64,000 bases of DNA from a virus: the IMG/VR virus record IMGVR_UViG_3300020220_003756, positions 9,531 through 73,530 of that record. One strand, 5' to 3'. Shown piece by piece: positions 49,854 to 59,644 of this stretch. Below the pieces are notes generated by a model that ran no database searches, was not told the origin of the DNA, and saw only the letters and a list, made by a program, of their open reading frames with translations. The position numbers were made by a program, and so were the translations under genes. Numbering within the stretch: position 1 is the first letter of the stretch; every line of letters begins with the position of its first letter.

Positions 49854-50629
49854 TTAATTTCCTCTAGTCTAGGAGCATATACTCCAAAATGTTGTACAGT
49901 GATTCCCGCAGCACAATTAGCAAAATCTATGGCCATCGAGTGATCATGTGATCGAAGAAACTCGAAGGCAAATGCAGATAAAAACGTGTCTCCTGCACCC
50001 GTGACATCTACCACTTCGACCTGGGGACAACTGTAGACGGTTTCGTGTTTGGGGTCTCGGCCTGTTTTATACATAGCGCCCCTGCTGCCTAAGGTGACTA
50101 TGAGTCGATCGTTTATGCTCCAACGATTGTTGTATTCTAGTTCGTTGATCTTGACGTATATGCCGTGGAAACAGGCCAGGTCTGGTTTCTTGGTATCCAT
50201 AAAAATAGGACCTTGGAAACTTTTCCTGATCTTCTCTACTAGGTCATAGGTCACTGTGCCTTTGTTATAATCGCTGATGACCACGGCATCATAGACGTCT
50301 GGCATGTCTGTGACGAACTCTATAGGAGTTGATGCTACATCGTGATCTATCCTAACTATCTGTTGACGGCTGCGTAGATCCACTATCCTAGTTTTCGTAG
50401 AAGTTTCGCTGTGTAGATAGTTTATTTCGCAGCCTAATGCTTCTAAATTACGTAGAACATTGCCGGCCATGCCTGGCTTGCGCTCTTCGTGACTAAACTT
50501 GAAAACAGGCACAGGTGCTTCAGGACTGATCCGATCAACGGTACCATATTGGTAAACGTCCTCGCAGTCATCCCCGATTAATAATATCTTGTATTTTGTT
50601 TGTGGTTGAGTATCGTTCGAGTCTGTCAT
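49850..50629 (-). CDS. Heptose-7-phosphate kinase (RfaE domain I/HldA-like, PfkB family)
   Basis: RISPEAPVPV, SDYNKG, DVTGAGDTF. Confidence 0.88.
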   Translation of the reverse strand: MTDSNDTQPQTKYKILLIGDDCEDVYQYGTVDRISPEAPVPVFKFSHEERKPGMAGNVLRNLEALGCEINYLHSETSTKTRIVDLRSRQQIVRIDHDVASTPIEFVTDMPDVYDAVVISDYNKGTVTYDLVEKIRKSFQGPIFMDTKKPDLACFHGIYVKINELEYNNRWSINDRLIVTLGSRGAMYKTGRDPKHETVYSCPQVEVVDVTGAGDTFLSAFAFEFLRSHDHSMAIDFANCAAGITVQHFGVYAPRLEEIK

Positions 50630-50972
50630 AGAATCTTATTTCTTTGCAGTGTTCTGCACCAATGATCGTCTTGCCTCTGTAATCGCTGCCTTTGACCATT
50701 ATGTCAGGAGCATAGTTTTTTATCAGCGTTTCTAGTTCTCGATCTGAATCAAATATTTCTACTCGATCTACATATTTGAGAGCAAATAAAAAACTACAAC
50801 GTTCGTATTCATTGTGGACAGGACGAGTTGGTCCTTTTAACTCTTGTATTCTGCGATCTGTATCTGTTAACACTAAGACATAGCTCTGAGGGAAAGATCT
50901 AGCATATTCTAACAGTCGAATATGGCCTAGATGTAATATATCAAAACTTCCATTGACTATGACTTTGGTCAT
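50568..50972 (-). CDS. Heptose-1-phosphate adenylyltransferase (RfaE domain II/HldC-like)
   Basis: NGSFDILHLGH, LKGPTRP, VKGSDY, YSTT. Confidence 0.88.
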   Translation of the reverse strand: MTKVIVNGSFDILHLGHIRLLEYARSFPQSYVLVLTDTDRRIQELKGPTRPVHNEYERCSFLFALKYVDRVEIFDSDRELETLIKNYAPDIMVKGSDYRGKTIIGAEHCKEIRFYDRLERYSTTNKIQDIINRG

Positions 50973-51586
50973 GATAAACTTTCTACAAACTGTGCGAGAT
51001 CGTCGAATATCTGTGTCTGTCTTTTTAAATCTCTATGTGCATATCTGTTCAATTCTTTTTCGGTTTCTGATCCATATCCGGTTCTGACCAAGATAGGTTG
51101 TGCGCCGACGTTAACGGCTGCTTTTAGATCTTTGATCTTATCGCCTACATAATATCCTTCTTTGAACTTGATATCTTTGATTTCTCGTTCGCAGCGTTTG
51201 AACATTCCTGTATTGGGTTTGGCAAATGGGTCTTCTTTGCGGCTGCTGGCAGAATAATAGATAGCATCTATGCTAAAACAGCCGGCCTCTCCTAGCAGTT
51301 TTAACATGTGTTCGTGGAGAGCATCAACCTGTTCTGGTGTGTAAATACCTTTTTCGATACCTCCTTGATCGGTGATGATAGCGATTTTATAGCCTTTGCG
51401 TCTTAGAGTAGCGATAGCATCTAAACTTCCGGGAATAGGATCAAAATCTTCGATTTTATAGCAGTATGTTCCCAAGTCGCGATTAATGACACCATCTCGG
51501 TCTAGCCCTATCACGCACTTTGTTCGGAACTCGCCGCCGGTCCAAATTATCTTAGGCTGATTGTTGTTCGGTGGGCTTGGCTGCAC
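50969..51586 (-). CDS. gmhB: D,D-heptose-1,7-bisphosphate phosphatase
   Basis: LDRDGVIN, TDQGGI, KPNTGM, VGDK..D, LVRTGYG. Confidence 0.88.
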   Translation of the reverse strand: MQPSPPNNNQPKIIWTGGEFRTKCVIGLDRDGVINRDLGTYCYKIEDFDPIPGSLDAIATLRRKGYKIAIITDQGGIEKGIYTPEQVDALHEHMLKLLGEAGCFSIDAIYYSASSRKEDPFAKPNTGMFKRCEREIKDIKFKEGYYVGDKIKDLKAAVNVGAQPILVRTGYGSETEKELNRYAHRDLKRQTQIFDDLAQFVESLS

Positions 51587-51950
51587 TTTGGCTGTCTCCG
51601 GGGATGATCCTATAATTGTCTTCTACTGAATCAGGAGTACTGACTTCGAATAACATGCTGTTATCTTCCAGCGCGATAAGTTGATGGGGCATTAAGGGCG
51701 GGTTGCGCCATACATCACCTTCTTTGAGTATCTTCTCTGCATAGGTAGCAGTCGATGTATCGCAATAGATCAATTTGAAACTGCCAGCGTTGATAAACCA
51801 AGTTTCATCTTTTTCTTTGTGAAAATGCATGCTAAACTTGGCTCCCTTCTTTTCAAAAACTAGGATCTTCCCGGCATATTTGTCGTTGGTGGCCCAGATT
51901 ATCTCATAACCCCACCCTTTATCTATTTTTCCTTGTAATCTCTGTGTCAT
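51552..51950 (-). CDS. Cupin, sugar isomerase-like
   Basis: KGWGYE, SMHFH..KDETW, H, EVST..DNYR. Confidence 0.8.
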   Translation of the reverse strand: MTQRLQGKIDKGWGYEIIWATNDKYAGKILVFEKKGAKFSMHFHKEKDETWFINAGSFKLIYCDTSTATYAEKILKEGDVWRNPPLMPHQLIALEDNSMLFEVSTPDSVEDNYRIIPGDSQSAAKPTEQQSA

Positions 51951-52537
51951 GGTCGTTTCTCGATAATCTTATCGATAAGTCCGTAGTCCAATGCTTCCTG
52001 CGCTGTCATGAACTTATCTCTCTCCATGTCTGCGGTCAATTGTTCGAAACTCTTACCTTTGCTGTTATGCTTGACATAGATATCGGTGAGGGTCTTTTTC
52101 ATTTTTAGTATTTCTTCGACCTGTATGGCCATATCCGTGGCCTGGCCTCGGGCACCTCCGCTGGGCTGATGTATCATATGGCGAGCATTAGGCAGCATAG
52201 AACGCTTACCTGCGGTACCTGCGGTCGATAACAAACTGCCCATGCTGCAGGCCTGTCCCATCACGTAAGTGGCTATGTCACATTTAACAAATTGCATGAC
52301 ATCGTAGATGCTCATTCCTGCGGTAACTACGCCGCCCGGACTGTTGATAAAAAGATTGATGTCTTTATCTGGATTTTCACTTTCTAAAAACAATATCTGC
52401 GCCACGATGAGATTGGCCATATAATCTTCGATGGGACCATTTAACATAATGATCCGCTCTTTGAGCAATCTGCTATAGATATCAAAAGCACGTTCACCTT
52501 TCGATGTGCTTTCTACTACGACTGGAACTAGGTTCAT
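51947..52537 (-). CDS. clpP: ATP-dependent Clp protease proteolytic subunit
   Basis: [34 protein letters not shown]. Confidence 0.97.
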   Translation of the reverse strand: MNLVPVVVESTSKGERAFDIYSRLLKERIIMLNGPIEDYMANLIVAQILFLESENPDKDINLFINSPGGVVTAGMSIYDVMQFVKCDIATYVMGQACSMGSLLSTAGTAGKRSMLPNARHMIHQPSGGARGQATDMAIQVEEILKMKKTLTDIYVKHNSKGKSFEQLTADMERDKFMTAQEALDYGLIDKIIEKRP

Positions 52538-52627
52538 ATGATTCCTTTTACTTTATTTTATGTCAATTTGCTTGACTGTACAAGCAAACTGAGTGTAACA
52601 TAGATCGTATTAAATACACAAGACATC

Positions 52628-53137
52628 ATGACAACTTTAGTTCTCAATGCGGATGCCCAACCCACTAGCCTGCTGCCGTTGTCCACGGTAGATTGGCAGG
52701 AAGCCATCCGCTATCTGGTTTTAGATAAAGTCACAGTTATGGCCTGGTACGAAGACTGGGTCGTTCATAGTGCCTCTTGGAGCACTAGGGTTCCTGCTGT
52801 GATCATGCTCAAGGAATACCAGAAGCCCAAAAATTATGCCCGATTAAGCAAACGAAATGTGTTTCTGCGAGACTTATATAAATGCCAATACTGCGGCGTA
52901 AACTGCAATGGCGCAGATGCTACTCTGGATCATGTCCTGCCTTTAAGTCGGGGTGGTAAAAATTCTTGGCTCAATCTCACCACTGCCTGCAAACCCTGCA
53001 ACTATCGCAAGGCCAATCAAGTCAAGATGAAGCCTAAAACTGCACCCCACAAACCCGATTTTTGGGAATTGGCAGAGAAGCGGCGCCAGTTAGGTTTTCA
53101 ATATGCCCATCCTAGTTGGGGTGACTTCTTAGGTTGA
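52628..53137 (+). CDS. HNH endonuclease
   Basis: RDLYKCQYCG, TLDHVLP..GG, CKPCN. Confidence 0.92.
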   Translation: MTTLVLNADAQPTSLLPLSTVDWQEAIRYLVLDKVTVMAWYEDWVVHSASWSTRVPAVIMLKEYQKPKNYARLSKRNVFLRDLYKCQYCGVNCNGADATLDHVLPLSRGGKNSWLNLTTACKPCNYRKANQVKMKPKTAPHKPDFWELAEKRRQLGFQYAHPSWGDFLG

Positions 53138-53162
53138 CTACTACTCACGAGTGTGTTAAAAT
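53134..53162 (+). promoter_or_regulatory. sigma70-type promoter
   Basis: TTGACT-17-TAAAAT. Confidence 0.7.
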
Positions 53163-53187
53163 TATCATATCTTACAAGGAGTAATAA

Positions 53188-53742
53188 ATGAGTACCATTA
53201 TCAACGATATGAAAAATTTTGATTGGCAAAAGGTTGTGGATTACGGTAATAATCTAGATGAATTGAATGACGCACAATTAAGATTCGTCAAAGGTCGAGC
53301 AGTCGAATTGGCTATTGAAAAATTCGCCGACGGTGATTTGAAATATGTAGGTGAGCGTCATAAAGATTATGTATGGCCGAAACATAACGTAGATGTTGAA
53401 GCGAAAAGTCAATTTAGTAGCGAAATGTTTGATAGAAAAGGTGACCTCAAACAAGAGTTTGATATTAAGATTAACAACTCAAACGGGACTAACAAGAAAA
53501 CAGTATTAGATCCTGCGGATGTAGCAGACTACGTTCTAGTGATAAGAAAAGACGGTGCATTTGTCTTGGACAGACAGACAGTAATTTCTAACAGCAAAGG
53601 AGACGGCGACGGATTCGTGTGTACGGTAACTAAGAATCAAATAACGCCTCTCACAGGAAAAATTACAGCGAATCCAATCCCCGCCAGTAACATTAAAGCA
53701 GGTATAGACAGAGTCCTAAGAGAAAGTCTAGACAGTTTGTAA
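53188..53742 (+). CDS. Putative PD-(D/E)XK restriction-endonuclease-like protein
   Basis: E...KD-x9-EAK spacing; adjacent to methyltransferase. Confidence 0.5.
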   Translation: MSTIINDMKNFDWQKVVDYGNNLDELNDAQLRFVKGRAVELAIEKFADGDLKYVGERHKDYVWPKHNVDVEAKSQFSSEMFDRKGDLKQEFDIKINNSNGTNKKTVLDPADVADYVLVIRKDGAFVLDRQTVISNSKGDGDGFVCTVTKNQITPLTGKITANPIPASNIKAGIDRVLRESLDSL

Positions 53743-53780
53743 TCCGTTAAATAAACAACAAAGGCAAATTAAAGGCACAT

Positions 53781-54644
53781 ATGAAATATCAAGTATACAA
53801 TCAATCCTGCATCGAGGGCATGCGTGAGCATGTCAAGGACGATTTCGTGGACCTAATCTTCACAGATCCTCCTTATGGTATCGACGGTGACGGACTTGAC
53901 ATCCATTATCACAGAGATGAAAGCAACGTAGTTCCCGGATACGTCGATGTTCCATTAGATCAATATCAACAGTTTAGCCAAGATTGGATCCGCGAGTGTG
54001 AACGGGTTCTTCGACCGGGCGGATCTATCTATATCGTTTCTGGGTATACCAATCTGCATCACATCTTGAACGCCCTGCACAGCACCGGGCTGGAAGAAGT
54101 GAATCATCTTATAGCCAAATATACCTTTGGAGTCAATGCAACTAAGAAATGGATCTCTAGCCATTATCATATCCTATTTTGGCAAAAGCCTGACAAAGGC
54201 TCGCAGAAACGCACCTTCAATCACTTGTACAAATGGTCGGATAACAAAGACAGTTATAACGATCGACTGAGCGTACAGGATATGCCTCGTGACTATAAAC
54301 CAGGACAGATCAAAAACAAGAATCAACTCAGCGAAGACTTTATCGAAAAGTTTATTCTGTACAGTTCCAATCGAGGTGATACTGTGCTGGACTGTTTCGG
54401 TGGTGGTTTCACCACAGCCCGAACTGCGCTACGATTTGGTAGAAAGTTTGTGGGATTTGAACTGAATCAAAATGCCTATGATGCTTTCGTACCGGGTTTG
54501 GCTGATGTAGAAGAATTGCCCGATCCGGAAAAGGTCGTGGTAGATCCAGACGAACTGGTCAAAAGACAGCGTATGCGTGAAGGCTGGCGAAGAGATCGAG
54601 CCAAAAAGAAAGCCCAAATTACTGCCATCGATATTGAAGATTGA
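53781..54644 (+). CDS. DNA N6-adenine/N4-cytosine methyltransferase (beta class)
   Basis: DPPY before VLDCFGGG; GFEL. Confidence 0.9.
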   Translation: MKYQVYNQSCIEGMREHVKDDFVDLIFTDPPYGIDGDGLDIHYHRDESNVVPGYVDVPLDQYQQFSQDWIRECERVLRPGGSIYIVSGYTNLHHILNALHSTGLEEVNHLIAKYTFGVNATKKWISSHYHILFWQKPDKGSQKRTFNHLYKWSDNKDSYNDRLSVQDMPRDYKPGQIKNKNQLSEDFIEKFILYSSNRGDTVLDCFGGGFTTARTALRFGRKFVGFELNQNAYDAFVPGLADVEELPDPEKVVVDPDELVKRQRMREGWRRDRAKKKAQITAIDIED

Positions 54645-54669
54645 CAAGTACCTTGTCAGATGCTATAAT
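54641..54669 (+). promoter_or_regulatory. Consensus sigma70 promoter
   Basis: TTGACA-17-TATAAT. Confidence 0.8.
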
Positions 54670-54699
54670 AGCATTATAGTAAACTTTTAAGGAGATACC

Positions 54700-54948
54700 G
54701 TGAAAGTAGCAATGATTGGTTTAGGCAAACTAGGTTTGCCCTGTGCAGAAGTAATGGCAGAGCATTACGATGTCTGTGGTTATGATGTTGCCACAGTAGA
54801 CCCTACCATGACAGTGGCCATAGTAAAAGAAATTAACAGGCTAGTAGAATTGCCAGATGCAGAATTTAAACACATCATTGATCAATGCCAACACATTGTG
54901 GACTATAATAGACAATTGTTTTTTAATTCTACAGCATTAAAAAAATAA
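54700..54948 (+). pseudogene. Truncated UDP-glucose/GDP-mannose dehydrogenase N-terminus fused to unrelated tail
   Basis: IGLGKLGLP...GYDV Rossmann start, but only 82 aa. Confidence 0.7.
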
Positions 54949-54982
54949 TTTCTAGAGAATTTTTAGAAAAAATCAACGAAGT

Positions 54983-55804
54983 ATGAATAATTTAAAAAAA
55001 TATTCTAGACTGTTTACATTTGGCTGTAGTTTTACTCAATACCATTGGCCTACCTGGGCTGACATTTTAGGGCAAGAAGCGCAGTCATTTCAAAATTGGG
55101 GACTCAGTGGCGCTGGCAATGATTTTATTCTTAATAGACTCATAGAGTGCCATCGACGCAACACTATCAATAAAAAAGATTTGGTTATTATAATGTGGAG
55201 TAGTGTAACTAGAGAGGATCATTTTGTCGATGGTCAGTGGCGACTTTTAGGCAATGTCTATAATAGAGGATGGGCAGATCAAATAACACAGCCATATTCC
55301 GGTGTATGGTTAAAGAAGAACCGTAGCAATGAAGGCTACCTACTGAAAACTCTAAACTACATAACCGCAACAAAAATTATATTAGACAGCATAGGCTGTG
55401 AATATCATTTTTTAAGCATGGTGGACATTGATTATATAGATTTTAAATTTAAAACTGCCGATTTTAACACTGAAATGTTAGAATTATATCGTGGAATTTT
55501 AAATTTAATTAAGCCTAGTGTTCATAATATAATCTACAATTATGATTGGCTCAGTCAGCCTGGCGTCAAAATACAGTGGCCGGGTCACCAAGAAAAACGC
55601 ACGGATCCACATCCTACTCCTGCTAGACATAGAGATTATCTGAACAAATCCTTTCCAGATCTTAGGTTAAGTAAGAGCACTGAGAAATTTATCAACCATT
55701 GGGAACAAAAAGTGTTAAATTTAACCATTAAGGATCATGACAAAATCATCTATCCGATTAAAATTGGTCCATTATATCCACTGCCCAATATTCAAACATT
55801 TTAA
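54983..55804 (+). CDS. SGNH-hydrolase-like phage protein
   Basis: FGCSFT, NWGLSGAGN, DPHP. Confidence 0.7.
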   Translation: MNNLKKYSRLFTFGCSFTQYHWPTWADILGQEAQSFQNWGLSGAGNDFILNRLIECHRRNTINKKDLVIIMWSSVTREDHFVDGQWRLLGNVYNRGWADQITQPYSGVWLKKNRSNEGYLLKTLNYITATKIILDSIGCEYHFLSMVDIDYIDFKFKTADFNTEMLELYRGILNLIKPSVHNIIYNYDWLSQPGVKIQWPGHQEKRTDPHPTPARHRDYLNKSFPDLRLSKSTEKFINHWEQKVLNLTIKDHDKIIYPIKIGPLYPLPNIQTF

Positions 55805-55813
55805 GGAGACGAA

Positions 55814-56209
55814 ATGCTAGAAAGTCAATACGGATCTATTCCTATGGAATCTGGTACTCGTTATTATATTGTCAGTTGGGACTGTGAGGGTGTAGAATTC
55901 TTCCAGGAAATCACAGAACATCATCCTGCTAATTGGGCTAAACAACATCTATTTGATACTATCAAACAGAACAAGAAAGTTGAAAAGCCTTTTAGTTTTC
56001 CTCTTACTCATCTTATCCTACGAGCACAGATGAACACTCATAGACATTATGAGATCTATGTTTTTACCAGTGCTGAATTAGTAGGACCAAAAGAGATCAA
56101 AGCCTGGTTTACTCGTGACCCGCAGAACTTTGCCGATTGGGTACGTGAGCACCACAGCTATCAGGTATATAATAATCGACGCAAGACAAAAAAGGATGTT
56201 ATCGTATGA
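55814..56209 (+). CDS. Hypothetical protein
   Basis: 131 aa, AGGAG SD. Confidence 0.7.
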   Translation: MLESQYGSIPMESGTRYYIVSWDCEGVEFFQEITEHHPANWAKQHLFDTIKQNKKVEKPFSFPLTHLILRAQMNTHRHYEIYVFTSAELVGPKEIKAWFTRDPQNFADWVREHHSYQVYNNRRKTKKDVIV

Positions 56210-57525
56210 GAACACAGCCAGAAACTATTATTCAAAATCTCGAAGCAGACAATTCACGGCTAGCCAAGGAAGCCATTCTAGAAGCCGCCATGCAAGAAGG
56301 ACTTGATGAGTTCTTTGAAGGTGTGCGTATGTGTTTGGATAAACTCTACACCTTTGGTGTTAAACAGGTGCCTATCAAGGAGGAAGAAGGTGGTCAAGGA
56401 TTGTCTTGGAATAATTTTAAAGAACTCGCTGAAAGCCTTTATCGTCGAGAACTCACAGGCCATGCTGCCCGTGATGCTATCAAACTAGCCATGGATGTGG
56501 CTACAAAGCCGCAATGGGATTACTATCGTCGTGTTCTTATCAAAGATCTTCGTTGCGGTGTTTCGGAAAAAACAGTAAATTCTGTGGCAAAGAAACTTAA
56601 AAAGACTCAATATGCTGTGCCTGTATTCGAAGTGATGTTGGCACACGATGGTGCCAATCACGAATCAAAAATAACTGGCAAGAAACTGGTAGAACCCAAA
56701 CTGGACGGCGTTCGTTGTTTGACTGTTGTTGATTTTGAAAGTCGCACTGTGACACAATACACACGCAACGGTAAAGAATTAATAAACTTTCCTCATATAG
56801 TCAAAGCCTTTGAAGATAATATGGACAATTGGGGTAGGAGTTATGTCTTTGATGGAGAGGTAGTATCAAAATCCTTTCAGACCTTGATGACTCAGATACA
56901 CAGAAAATCCGATGTGCAGGCACAGGATGCCAAATTACAGTTGTTCGATGTGATTCCATTGGTGGAATTTAAAAAGGGCGAATCGGTGATGGGACAGCGC
57001 AGACGCAGTGCATTCCTGCGTGAGAACTTCTCAAAGATCTTTTCCGATTCTGGTTGTATTGAAATCGTATCGCAGAAAGAATTTGATTTGGATGTTTTCA
57101 CTGATGAAATCGCTTTCAAAGACTATAACAAACAAATGGTCGAGGCAGGCTTTGAGGGAATTATGATCAAAGATCCCAACGGCAAGTGGGAGGGCAAACG
57201 TTCGACTGCTTGGCTAAAACAAAAACCATTTATTGAAGTATCATTGGAGATCACAGATGTCGAGGAAGGCACAGGACGTAATGTTGGGAGGCTCGGGGCT
57301 GTTATTTGTCGGGGGAATGATGACGGCAGAGAAATCCTGGTTAATGTTGGCTCAGGTTTTACTGATAGTAACCGTCGTGAATATTGGGAGTCACGTGACT
57401 CGCTACCAGGCCAAGTTGTGGAAGTGCGAGCAGATGCTATCACGCGAAATCAAGATGGAACATTTTCGCTCAGATTCCCCCGTTTCATGCGATTCCGTGG
57501 TTTCAAGATCGGAGAAAAGATCTAA
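56206..57525 (+). CDS. ATP-dependent DNA ligase
   Basis: EPKLDGVR, FDGE, EGIMIKD, WLKQK, VGSGF, SLRFPRF. Confidence 0.96.
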   Translation: MRTQPETIIQNLEADNSRLAKEAILEAAMQEGLDEFFEGVRMCLDKLYTFGVKQVPIKEEEGGQGLSWNNFKELAESLYRRELTGHAARDAIKLAMDVATKPQWDYYRRVLIKDLRCGVSEKTVNSVAKKLKKTQYAVPVFEVMLAHDGANHESKITGKKLVEPKLDGVRCLTVVDFESRTVTQYTRNGKELINFPHIVKAFEDNMDNWGRSYVFDGEVVSKSFQTLMTQIHRKSDVQAQDAKLQLFDVIPLVEFKKGESVMGQRRRSAFLRENFSKIFSDSGCIEIVSQKEFDLDVFTDEIAFKDYNKQMVEAGFEGIMIKDPNGKWEGKRSTAWLKQKPFIEVSLEITDVEEGTGRNVGRLGAVICRGNDDGREILVNVGSGFTDSNRREYWESRDSLPGQVVEVRADAITRNQDGTFSLRFPRFMRFRGFKIGEKI

Positions 57526-58196
57526 TGCAGATCGGGTTTTACAACGATGATGCTGCCATAGTAGAATATTTTCCGCCAAGATCCGCAAATAAAGTTGTTC
57601 CGGATTGGTACAAAGAATTGCCTATGCAGATTGTCAAGGCCGCAGAAAATATAAATGTGCCTACTATTAAACATTGTATGCCAGTACAAGATCTGATCAC
57701 ATCTGGTTATATTATATTCAATCCCTATGAAACACATCTTATACCAAATAAAAATCATCTTGGCTACGATGACTTTATGTCTAAATGCCCCCACAAGCCT
57801 CACGTAGGTGGGCATCATCATTTACAGTGGCCTTTAGAGATACAAGGTAAGAATCATAACTATTTCAAGATCGGCAATAGTTGGTTAGTAAGGACTCCTC
57901 CGGGATACAGTTGTCTATTTGTGCAACCTTTTTATCAGATGGAAGAAAGATTCCAGATGTTGCCAGCGATCGTAGACACTGACCGTCACGATATGACCAT
58001 TGAGTTTCCTGGTTATTTGCTCACAGATAAACCAGTGACTTTGCAGCCCGGTGATCCACTGATGCAGGTTATTCCTTTTAAACGGGACGACTGGGAAATG
58101 GTAGTGGCGCAACAGCCTAAGAAGCGCAGCCTTTTAGAATTCTATTGGGAATCTGCATACCGAAGAGTGTTCCATACTAAAAAATCATTCAAATGA
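57525..58196 (+). CDS. Phage hypothetical protein (dUTPase-like fold suspected)
   Basis: TIKHCMP, TPPGYS, AIVDTD, GDPLMQVIPFKR. Confidence 0.7.
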   Translation: MQIGFYNDDAAIVEYFPPRSANKVVPDWYKELPMQIVKAAENINVPTIKHCMPVQDLITSGYIIFNPYETHLIPNKNHLGYDDFMSKCPHKPHVGGHHHLQWPLEIQGKNHNYFKIGNSWLVRTPPGYSCLFVQPFYQMEERFQMLPAIVDTDRHDMTIEFPGYLLTDKPVTLQPGDPLMQVIPFKRDDWEMVVAQQPKKRSLLEFYWESAYRRVFHTKKSFK

Positions 58197-59081
58197 CTGT
58201 TTGGTAGCCTGTACATCAAAGCCGTTGACACAGGCTTCTAATTGACAGATCATAGGTGTGTCGTACCAAAAAAGTTCTAGATCTTTTAGATATCCCATGA
58301 AGCCGTTCTTTCTACAGTGGCCTCTGTAGACTCTGCCCCAAGCATCTAAGATTATCTGTTCTACACCGGCCCAGCATTTATATCCTCGAAATCGATTTGT
58401 CTTTTCTATGATCATTGTTTGAAAATCAGTGTAAGAGACATCAGATCCATGTTCGATTTTTATGTTACCTTGTTGCTCTTTCAGGACGATGATCTGTTCT
58501 TCATTATAATCCTTAGGTGTCGTATTAAACACAGGGTCTTCAAATACTATCTTTTTGTTTAAGGATATCGTTGGATGTCGTTGCGAGATTTTATCATATA
58601 GATCTTCCATTTCATTCCAATAATCTGGCAGCATATTGATGTTCACTAGAATTTCTAGATTAGACTTTACCGCTGTCTGTAAAGCAAACAGTAGGTGCCC
58701 GATATTTGAAAATTCCGGATGGACTTCTATAATCACGGAATCAGTACTCTTAAAAACTTCTGTGAGAGTTGACATAGTTGCCGTAGCGTTCGTTATGAAT
58801 CTCACTCGACAATTTTGGTTCTTACAATAGGCTAGGAGGTCAGAAAAATCTTCCCATTCAGTGACTTCTCCTCCGGTAAAGTTAACATCGACCTGCTTGT
58901 TCAGCCTAGAAGAAAATAACGTTGTTTGATCTATGAATCTTTTGCAGTCTTTGAGGTAGGGAAGATCTATATTTCCGCAGTGTAGAAGTTCGTGTTCATA
59001 ACTGGCTCTGCGACTGTTATGATTCATCAACCACCAATCTACATAAAAAAGATTAGGGTTCCTTGTGCTGGAGATTCGCAT
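58185..59081 (-). CDS. Radical-SAM-like protein lacking the CxxxCxxC motif
   Basis: Aligns with 8592-9650; TGGE and C-terminal Cys retained, motif reads NSRRASYE. Confidence 0.75.
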   Translation of the reverse strand: MRISSTRNPNLFYVDWWLMNHNSRRASYEHELLHCGNIDLPYLKDCKRFIDQTTLFSSRLNKQVDVNFTGGEVTEWEDFSDLLAYCKNQNCRVRFITNATATMSTLTEVFKSTDSVIIEVHPEFSNIGHLLFALQTAVKSNLEILVNINMLPDYWNEMEDLYDKISQRHPTISLNKKIVFEDPVFNTTPKDYNEEQIIVLKEQQGNIKIEHGSDVSYTDFQTMIIEKTNRFRGYKCWAGVEQIILDAWGRVYRGHCRKNGFMGYLKDLELFWYDTPMICQLEACVNGFDVQATKQSFE

Positions 59082-59639
59082 CTAGGTCAGCCATGATTCT
59101 ACTGCCTGCTGGCCGCTGATCGAACAACCGGTACTCCAAAGATGCTCGATATCGTTCATCATCCAATCTGGATCTGGGTCGTTGACTATCAACCAACTGT
59201 GCTCCTGTCTCCATGGTTCTTCGCCCCGAAGTTCTCCTTCTAACTGTCCAGGGCCCCATGCGGCATGACCGTAAAATATGCGGAATCGATCTGGTGAGTA
59301 TCCGTTTACGATCTTTTCGAACATGTCTGAATGACTGGTCACTGACCAGTCATCGTTTACGGGCAATGAATTTTCAATGCTCCATGCATTGTCATGCAGC
59401 ATCCAAATCGTGTTTGGACTTACGGGTCCGCCCCAGTATAAAGGACAGTCTAGTTCTATTCTCACATTCATGGGCTCTAGTATGTCATTCACGGTATGAT
59501 CTGACTGTTTGTTGAGGCACAGCGCGAATGATCCTCTGCTGTTGGTATGCGTTACAAACATGACAGTTTTTTTAAATCTAGGGTCTATTATATTAGGAGG
59601 TGCAACCAACAGATCGCCGGCATTCAACCTTGACGGCAT
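59082..59639 (-). CDS. YqgE/AlgH family protein
   Basis: LLVAPP..DPRF, GGPV, GHAAWGPGQLEGEL. Confidence 0.9.
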   Translation of the reverse strand: MPSRLNAGDLLVAPPNIIDPRFKKTVMFVTHTNSRGSFALCLNKQSDHTVNDILEPMNVRIELDCPLYWGGPVSPNTIWMLHDNAWSIENSLPVNDDWSVTSHSDMFEKIVNGYSPDRFRIFYGHAAWGPGQLEGELRGEEPWRQEHSWLIVNDPDPDWMMNDIEHLWSTGCSISGQQAVESWLT

Positions 59640-59644
59640 ATCTT

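Noticed and set aside
49850-49870. Third LEEIK C-terminus (heptose kinase) as part of the duplicated module
   Set aside because: Similarity is limited to the SD-plus-ATGA overlap (GAGGA...AAATGA) and downstream genes are unrelated; likely convergence.
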